Positions 57,680 through 64,000 of a stretch of DNA of 64,000 bases are shown piece by piece. Origin of the DNA: an uncultured Sandaracinaceae bacterium. Lineage in GTDB: Bacteria > Myxococcota_A > Polyangia > Polyangiales > Sandaracinaceae. The position numbers were made by a program, and so were the translations under genes. The stretch covers positions 24,969 to 88,968 of the forward strand of contig CAZCVE010000014.1 in NCBI GenBank assembly GCA_964502175.1, given 5' to 3'. The notes under the pieces are model-generated. The model made no database searches, was not told the DNA's origin, and saw only the letters and a list, made by a program, of their open reading frames with translations. How positions within the stretch are numbered: position 1 is the stretch's first letter; each line of letters begins with the position of its first letter.

Positions 57680-60100
57680 ATGACGCGCCGTAAGACGTCG
57701 ATGGGTCCGATGGGATGGGCGATGCTGCTTGCTGGCTCGTTCTCGTGCGTGGCCCTCGCGGGCTGCGACTGTGCAGGCGAGCTCCCCACCGACGCGGGGC
57801 CCGACGCGCCCGCCGCCCCCGTCGACGGCGGCATGGACGGGGGCACCCGCGACGCGGGCTCGGACGCGCCTCACGATGCTGGCCCGCGCGCGTGCACCAA
57901 CGATCTCGAGTGCCCCGCGGGCCTGCTCTGTCTCGGCGGCTTCTGCCAGGAAGATCCGTGCGCGACGGACAACCCGTGCGCGGACGGCGAGCGATGCCGC
58001 GGCGTGTGCGTGGCGCTCGAGGATCCGTGCGACGGCGTGAGCTGCGCGGCAGACGAGACCTGCATCGGCGGCACGTGCTTCGCGGGCTGCTTGCCCGTCG
58101 CGTGCGAAGGCGTCGACTGCCCCGCGGGCCAGTTCTGCGATCCCTCGCGCGGCACGTGCACCGACATCGTCCCCTGCGACGCGCTCTGCGGCGACGGCGC
58201 CGCGTGCCACACCACGTGCACTCCGCGCTCCGCGTGTGAAGGCGTGACGTGCGCGGAGGGCGAGTTCTGTCGCGCGGGTACGTGCCTCGACAACCCGTGC
58301 TTCGGCGTGACCTGCGAGCGCGGATCCGTCTGTCAGAACGGCACGTGCGTCGCGACGTGCGACTGCGATCCGGCGTGCGAAGCGCCTGCGCGCTGCGTCG
58401 GCGGCACGTGCATCTGCACCCCGCGCTGCGCGGCCGATGCGGCATGCGGTGATCCCGATGGCTGTGGCGGATTCTGCGTGGGCACCTGCCCCGGCGCGCG
58501 CGAAGAGTGCAACCCCGACACGGGCCTCTGCGAGTGCATCCCGTCGTGCGCGGACGACGCCGCGTGCGGTGACTCCGACGGCTGCGGTGGTCTCTGCGAA
58601 GGCCCGTGCCCCAGCGGTCGCACGTGTGTGTCGGGCGCGTGCACGTGTCTCGACGACTGCATCGCGGCCGACATGGTCGACTGCGGCACCGACATCCCCG
58701 ACACGTGCATGGCGAGCATGGACTGCGCGGGGCGCGGCACGCGCTGCGATCCCGGATCGACCTGCGTGATGGACGCGTGCTGTCCCGGCTGCGCGGCCGC
58801 GAGCGCCGTGCCTTGTGGTGATGTGATCGCGGACTCGGTCGACACGACGGGCCGCACGTGCGCGGACTGCACCGGCGTGGGCTCGATGTGCACGGGCGCG
58901 CTCACGTGCGTCAGCCCGCCGGGCATGAGCGCGCCGACCGATCGCGTGTGCTGTGGTGCGTGCGCGGCGGCCTCGAGTGTTCCTTGCGGCATGCGCATCC
59001 CCGACGTGCGCGACGCGTCGGGCGCGATCTGCCGCACATGCACGGGCTACGGCACCGCGGGCTGTGGCGCGGGCTCGACGTGCACGGGCGGCGCGACGGG
59101 CACGTGCTGCGCGTCGTGCGCCGCGGCGAGCGCGGTCGACTGCGGCGAGCCGATCCCCTCGCCGACGTGTCGCACGTGCACGGGCTTCGGCTCGCGCTGC
59201 ACGTCGCCGCTCGCGTGCGTGAACCCGCCCGGCACCACCACCGCAGACGACCGCGTGTGCTGCGGCGCGTGTCCCTCGGCCGCGACGGTCGCGTGCGGCA
59301 TGCCGGTGCCCGACGTGATGGGCGGCGGCACCGTCTGTCGCGACTGCGGCACCGGCACGATGTGCGCGGCCGGATCGACGTGCGTGGGCGGCTCGTGCTG
59401 TCCCTCGTGCCCGAGCGCGTCGGGCGTGGCGTGCGGCGTGGACATCCCCGATCAGCGCGACGCGATGGGCCGCGTGTGCCGCATGTGCGCGGAAGGAACG
59501 ATGTGCGGCGCGGGCACCACGTGCACCGGCGGGAGCTGCTGTCCGAGCTGCGCCGATCCTTCGACGCTCGCGTGCGGCACCGACCCGACCGAGCCCGCCG
59601 GCTGCGCGATGTGCCCGAACGGAACGCGCTGCGCGGCCGGTGAGCGCTGTCGCAGCGGCGCGTGCTGCGCGCCGACGTGCTCGCCTCCCTCGACGCGCCC
59701 GTGCGGTGACACGCCGAGCGATGGTTGCGGCGGAACGTGCGCGGCGGGCACCGCGTGCAGTACGCCGGCGGAGACCTGTACGGGCTCACCGCTCCGCTGC
59801 GAGTGCACACCGTCGTGCGTGGGTCGCGCATGTGGTGAGGCCGACGGCTGCGGAGGCGAGTGCCTCGGCACGTGCGATCCGGGCTTCGTGTGCGCAGAGC
59901 GCCCGCTGCCTGCCGCGCCAGGCGACTACGAGTGCGAGCCGAGCGCGTGCGTGCCCACGTGCGGCCTCTGTCAGTCGTGCGTGCTCGGCACGTGCGAGCC
60001 GCTCACCTGCGCGCCCGGCACCACGGCGTGCTTCTTCTCGTGCGAGTGCTGCGGCGCAGGCGAGGCGTGCACACCGTCTGGCTGCATGCCCTTCGGCTGA
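57680..60100 (+). CDS. large secreted Cys-rich repeat protein (about 15% Cys; internally repeated about 45-aa CCxxCAAASAVxCG modules)
   Basis: Signal and lipobox-like CVALAGCDC. More than 10 tandem Cys modules. 806 aa. Confidence 0.7.
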   Translation: MTRRKTSMGPMGWAMLLAGSFSCVALAGCDCAGELPTDAGPDAPAAPVDGGMDGGTRDAGSDAPHDAGPRACTNDLECPAGLLCLGGFCQEDPCATDNPCADGERCRGVCVALEDPCDGVSCAADETCIGGTCFAGCLPVACEGVDCPAGQFCDPSRGTCTDIVPCDALCGDGAACHTTCTPRSACEGVTCAEGEFCRAGTCLDNPCFGVTCERGSVCQNGTCVATCDCDPACEAPARCVGGTCICTPRCAADAACGDPDGCGGFCVGTCPGAREECNPDTGLCECIPSCADDAACGDSDGCGGLCEGPCPSGRTCVSGACTCLDDCIAADMVDCGTDIPDTCMASMDCAGRGTRCDPGSTCVMDACCPGCAAASAVPCGDVIADSVDTTGRTCADCTGVGSMCTGALTCVSPPGMSAPTDRVCCGACAAASSVPCGMRIPDVRDASGAICRTCTGYGTAGCGAGSTCTGGATGTCCASCAAASAVDCGEPIPSPTCRTCTGFGSRCTSPLACVNPPGTTTADDRVCCGACPSAATVACGMPVPDVMGGGTVCRDCGTGTMCAAGSTCVGGSCCPSCPSASGVACGVDIPDQRDAMGRVCRMCAEGTMCGAGTTCTGGSCCPSCADPSTLACGTDPTEPAGCAMCPNGTRCAAGERCRSGACCAPTCSPPSTRPCGDTPSDGCGGTCAAGTACSTPAETCTGSPLRCECTPSCVGRACGEADGCGGECLGTCDPGFVCAERPLPAAPGDYECEPSACVPTCGLCQSCVLGTCEPLTCAPGTTACFFSCECCGAGEACTPSGCMPFG

Positions 60101-60398
60101 GCGTCCTTCGGCTGATTCAGCCGCGGCCGCAGGCCGGAGGGATCTGCGGCCGTGGATGATTGCGAGGCGGATCCTGCGGCGCTCGTTGCGCTTCGTGCGC
60201 TCGAGCCGCCGTGTCAGCGCGGAGTCCTCGCTGGACGGATCGGGCGCGATCTCCTCTTCGAGCTCGGCGTCGTTCCACGCCCACGTCGGATCGTCGTCGT
60301 ACGGGAAGGCGGGCGCGAGCGGCGAGGACGAAGATTGGGTGAGCGCCGTTGATCGTTGAGCGCGCGGTTCCGACTCTGGAATACTGCGCGGCCCCTCG

Positions 60399-61811
60399 AT
60401 GAGCGCCTCGACTCCCCCGCGTCCGATGCCGACGGCGACGTTCCCCGTCTGCTCCTTCAAGCGTGTGTTCGACACCGAGCCCGAGCAGGAGGTGCTGACG
60501 CTCGCCGAGCTCGTCGCGTGCTTTCGTCGCTTCGAGCTCAAGCCGCAGCTCTTCGCGAAGATCGAGCGCGAGTGCGGCCGCATCGATCGCGCGCTCGAGC
60601 AAGCGGCGGCGGGCGAGTCCGTGGGCGAGCGCGTGTCGGCGATCCGCGAGGCCGGCGACGTCGCGCGTGCGCGCGGCGAAGACCCGCGGCCTCCGATGCG
60701 CGCGAAGGCCGAAGAGCTCAAGCACTACGCGCGCAAGGACGCGAAGAAAGACCTGCGGCTCTGGTCGCCCGTGCGTTACCGCGAGGGCTGGAAAGAGCGC
60801 GGCACCGAGGGCGTCACGCACATCACGTGTCTCGTGCTCGACTACGACTCGGGCGTGCGCATCGCCGACGCGACGAGCGTGTGGACCGACTACTTCCACA
60901 TGTTCCACACCACGTGGTCGCACACGCCCGAGCACCCGAAGCTGCGGCTGATCCTGCCGCTCGCCGTGCCGTGCCCCGCGACCGAGTTCGAGAAGCTGTG
61001 GGACTGGGCGCACGCCAAGACCGGCGGCGACATCGATCGGCAGCTCTCGGGCATCGCGGCCACGTACGCGCTGCCGGTGGTTCCTTCGATCGACGCGCCG
61101 CGCGACGCGGGCAGCCAAGCCGGCGCGCTGCTCGATCCGCGTGAGCTCGGCATCGAGGTCGGTGAGCTCGCGACGCTGCCGGTGCGGCACGCGAGCCCGT
61201 CGAGGATGCTCGGCGATCCCGACAAGGAGTACGTGCTCCACGAGACCGGCGAGGCGATCTACGTCTACGACGACCTCGACGAAGACGAAGTGTGGAGCCT
61301 CGATCGCGATCGCATGAGCACGGTGCACGAGCCGCACGCGCTCGCGCTCGCGCCTGCCCCCGCGGCCTCGATCGTCCGGAAAGACAGCCGATTTCCGATC
61401 GCCGGGTCGAGACCTCGCTCACGCAGGAAGACGCTCGTCGTCGACTTCGACGGAGTGCTCCACTCGTACGTGTCGGGCTGGAAGGGTCCGACGTCGATCC
61501 CGGACGCGCCGGTGGATGGCGCGCTGGAATTCCTCGAGTCTGCGATCGAGCGCTTCGAGGTGGCGGTGCTCTCGTCACGCTCGCGCGAGGCGGGCGGCAT
61601 CGACGCGATGAAGGAGTGGCTGCTCGAGCACGGCCTGTCGCCGCGCGTGCTCGGCCACCTGCGATTTCCGCGCACCAAGCCGCCCGCGCACGTCTACCTC
61701 GACGATCGGGGCTGGCGCTTCGAAGGCACGTTCCCGACGCTCGACGCGATCGAGGCGTTCCAGCCGTGGCACAAGCACGAGCCGCACGAAGCCGAGCCCG
61801 ACGATCCCTAG
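60399..61811 (+). CDS. hypothetical fusion protein: C-terminal HAD-type 5'(3')-deoxyribonucleotidase-like domain; N-terminal region with primase-polymerase-like motifs
   Basis: C-terminal LVVDFDGVLHSY (HAD motif I, NT5C-like DMDGVL) with a distal YLDDRG (motif IV). N-terminal CLVLDYDSG and TWSHTPEHPKLRLILP resemble the AEP primase DxD and SxH motifs; this is weak. Confidence 0.5.
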   Translation: MSASTPPRPMPTATFPVCSFKRVFDTEPEQEVLTLAELVACFRRFELKPQLFAKIERECGRIDRALEQAAAGESVGERVSAIREAGDVARARGEDPRPPMRAKAEELKHYARKDAKKDLRLWSPVRYREGWKERGTEGVTHITCLVLDYDSGVRIADATSVWTDYFHMFHTTWSHTPEHPKLRLILPLAVPCPATEFEKLWDWAHAKTGGDIDRQLSGIAATYALPVVPSIDAPRDAGSQAGALLDPRELGIEVGELATLPVRHASPSRMLGDPDKEYVLHETGEAIYVYDDLDEDEVWSLDRDRMSTVHEPHALALAPAPAASIVRKDSRFPIAGSRPRSRRKTLVVDFDGVLHSYVSGWKGPTSIPDAPVDGALEFLESAIERFEVAVLSSRSREAGGIDAMKEWLLEHGLSPRVLGHLRFPRTKPPAHVYLDDRGWRFEGTFPTLDAIEAFQPWHKHEPHEAEPDDP

Positions 61812-61857
61812 AACCCGGGACGAAGTTCCGGCAGCAGGACCAGCGTAGAGTCGCGGG

Positions 61858-63222
61858 GTGATTCGCGAGGCGGTTCGGCGATCGATCGGCGTGGTGCGCG
61901 TGCACCCGTGGGTGATGCTCGCGATCGGCTCGGCGCTCGTGCTCGCGATCGCCTCGACGTTCACGGGCCTCGGCTTCGGCCTAGCCCCGTGGTTCGCGTG
62001 CGAGGTGTTCGCGCTGGCGCTCGGTGCGTCCGGCGTTCCCATCCAGCCGCGCGGGGCGGCGTGGAGCAAGGCCGCGCTCTTCGTGCTCACCGTGGGCGTG
62101 CTCTTCGGGTCGGTCGTCGTGCTCGCCGCGCTCGTGTTCGGCCCCGACCTCGCGATGGTCGATCGGTCCACCGTGATGCCGTGGGACCAATCGCTCCTCC
62201 GCATCTTCGGCATCGTGGCGATCTCGCTCGTCGCGCTCGCGTACGTGCTCCCGTTCGTGCACGTGCCCGGCATCCTCATCGAGCGCGGCGGCGCGTTCGG
62301 TACGGCGGTGCTCGAGAGCATGCTGCTCGTGCGGCGCGTGGGCGTGCTCGCGACCTTCCGCATCGTGCTCGTCGCCGCGAGCTTCGCGCTCTTTCCGGCC
62401 GTCATCGCCGCGATGATCGCCGCGCGCACGCTCGACCGCGCCTCGACGCCGATCGGCTTGCTCGCGAGCGCGCCGTTCCTCCTCTTGTCGCTGCCCATCG
62501 GGCTCGGCGTCGTCGCGCAGGGCTACATGCTCGCGCGTCATCGCTTGCCCGCGCGACACTTGGTCCATCGCACGCACGTGGGCTGGCCCACCTTGGTCCT
62601 CCTCGCGACGGGCGTGCTCGCGCCCGTCGGAGGTCTCGTGCTCTTGCTCGTCGCGTGCGCGCTCCCTGCGCCGCTCCTTCGTGGCGCCGTGCCCCCGAGC
62701 GCGACGCGCGTGCTCGAGTCGGGGCTCGGTGAGCGCGTGGTCCCCGGCTCGACGCTGTCGGTGGTGCTCGCGCCCGATCACGCAGAAGTGCACACGGCGT
62801 TCGACGACGCGGTGGCCTCGCTCTCGACGCGTCGCAGCCGCAGCGGTCAGCGTCCGCTCGAGCGCGTGCGCGCGTACACGCTCGGGGACGTGCTCGCGAT
62901 CGAGCTCGTCGCGGCTGACGACGCGGTGCAGGGCCACGCGCTCTTCACCGCCGCGGGTGTGCGCCTCGACGACACCGTCCATCGCGCGCTCGACGAGCGC
63001 ATGGGCGTGCGCCGCGCGCTCGTGTTCGGTCCCACGTTCCTCGTCGTCGCGCTGCTGGTGCTCGCTGCGCTCGGTCCGCTCGCCGAGACGCGCAGCGAGG
63101 CGCGCGCGACGCCCGATCAGATCGCGAGCGCGCAGACTCGAGCGTTTCGGCTGGGTCTCGTGCTCGTGCCGTTCTGGGGCGCGATCGTCGCCCTCGGCGC
63201 GCTCGCCGTCGCGGGCTGGTGA
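61858..63222 (+). CDS. hypothetical polytopic membrane protein
   Basis: About 8 predicted TM helices; no motif. Confidence 0.45.
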   Translation: MIREAVRRSIGVVRVHPWVMLAIGSALVLAIASTFTGLGFGLAPWFACEVFALALGASGVPIQPRGAAWSKAALFVLTVGVLFGSVVVLAALVFGPDLAMVDRSTVMPWDQSLLRIFGIVAISLVALAYVLPFVHVPGILIERGGAFGTAVLESMLLVRRVGVLATFRIVLVAASFALFPAVIAAMIAARTLDRASTPIGLLASAPFLLLSLPIGLGVVAQGYMLARHRLPARHLVHRTHVGWPTLVLLATGVLAPVGGLVLLLVACALPAPLLRGAVPPSATRVLESGLGERVVPGSTLSVVLAPDHAEVHTAFDDAVASLSTRRSRSGQRPLERVRAYTLGDVLAIELVAADDAVQGHALFTAAGVRLDDTVHRALDERMGVRRALVFGPTFLVVALLVLAALGPLAETRSEARATPDQIASAQTRAFRLGLVLVPFWGAIVALGALAVAGW

Positions 63223-63240
63223 GCCTGTTACGATGGGCGG

Positions 63241-64000
63241 ATGCGCTCGCTTCAGGTCGCTCTCCTCCTGATCGTCTCCCTCGCTGGCTGTGGCTCTCCG
63301 AGCACGCCACCCGACGCCGCGAGCGAGCCCACGGGCGACGCGGGCCTCGACGCGGCGACGACCACGGAGGACGCGCCGGCGCTCCTCGATGCGCTCGAGT
63401 CGCCGGACGCGTACGCAGACGACGCTCCGATCGATCCAGGCGCGGACGCGAGCGTCGTCGAGCACGGCCGCGCGCTCTACGGCACGCACTGCGCGCTCTG
63501 TCACGCGGCCGACGCCACGGGCTACGCGGCCGACAACGCGCCTGCGGTCGGTCGCGACGACTTCCTCGTGCTGGCCGACGACGCGTTCCTCGAGACCGCG
63601 GTCTATGACGGGCGCCCCGGCACACCGATGAGCGCGTGGGGTGACGAGCACGGGGGTCCGTTCACGCGCGAGGACTCGCAGCACGTCGTGTCTTTCCTCC
63701 GCTCGCTGCAGATCGCGCCGAGCGTCGATCTGAGCGAGATCACCGTGAGCGGGGACGCGACGCGCGGCAGCGCGGTGTTCGCGCGCGAGTGCGCGAGCTG
63801 CCACGGCGCCGCGGGCGAGGGCGTCTCCGCGGTCACGCTCGACAACGCCGTGTTCCAAGACTCGGTGAGCGATGGCTTCTTGCGCTGGTCGATCGAGCAC
63901 GGCCGTCGCGAGACGACGATGCCCGCGTTCGCCGAGACGCTGACGGCGCAGGAGATCGACGACGCGGTGACGTTCATCCGAACGCTGCGTCGCGAGCCGC
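63241..64000 (+). CDS. di-haem c-type cytochrome lipoprotein (partial, continues past window end)
   Basis: Lipobox LAGCGS. Two CxxCH motifs (CALCH, CASCH). Not in the ORF table because no stop lies inside the window. Confidence 0.75.
   Translation, partial: MRSLQVALLLIVSLAGCGSPSTPPDAASEPTGDAGLDAATTTEDAPALLDALESPDAYADDAPIDPGADASVVEHGRALYGTHCALCHAADATGYAADNAPAVGRDDFLVLADDAFLETAVYDGRPGTPMSAWGDEHGGPFTREDSQHVVSFLRSLQIAPSVDLSEITVSGDATRGSAVFARECASCHGAAGEGVSAVTLDNAVFQDSVSDGFLRWSIEHGRRETTMPAFAETLTAQEIDDAVTFIRTLRREP

Noticed and set aside
1-64000. CRISPR arrays, rRNA/tRNA genes, transposases or integrases
   Set aside because: No spaced direct repeats, no rRNA- or tRNA-like conserved stretches, and no DDE or tyrosine-recombinase motifs were recognisable. 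The few repeats found are short tandem repeats or hairpins, reported separately.

Overview
This 64 kb window has very high GC (about 70%+) and is densely packed with genes. The content fits a myxobacterial (Myxococcota) chromosome, and the resemblance to Sandaracinus or Sorangiineae is only a guess. The pointers are the secreted Cys-rich repeat lipoproteins, a Ser/Thr-kinase fusion to a sigma54 enhancer-binding protein, and a dynamin-like GTPase. No rRNA, tRNA, CRISPR array or transposase was recognised. Most of the long ORFs in the six-frame track are antisense or out-of-frame artefacts caused by the GC content. Real genes were picked by recognisable motifs, signal peptides with lipoboxes, start-codon context and translational coupling.

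There are about 45 supportable CDS. They include fabH, lipB, a vapBC module, a TrmH-family methyltransferase, an aminotransferase, an MMPL exporter, a U32 peptidase, a GT2-GT4 glycosyltransferase with a Wzx-like flippase, several c-type cytochromes and a LysR/DoxX divergent pair.

The most interesting candidate systems are:
1. A tightly coupled minus-strand operon: nfeD-like, then flotillin (SPFH), then a 1779-aa giant AAA+ (MoxR/McrB-like Walker motifs) coiled-coil ATPase, then two small secreted proteins.
2. A vapBC module followed by a soluble M48 Zn-peptidase translationally coupled (ATGA overlap) to a bacterial dynamin-like GTPase.
3. A canonical sigma54 -24/-12 promoter plus an unusual AT-rich direct-repeat tract, lying between a 1462-aa kinase-TPR-GAF-sigma54 activator and a Cys-rich metal-binding-motif lipoprotein gene.
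4. A protein with primase-like N-terminal motifs fused to a 5'-nucleotidase (HAD) domain.

Smaller structural oddities are tandem repeats and twin hairpins.
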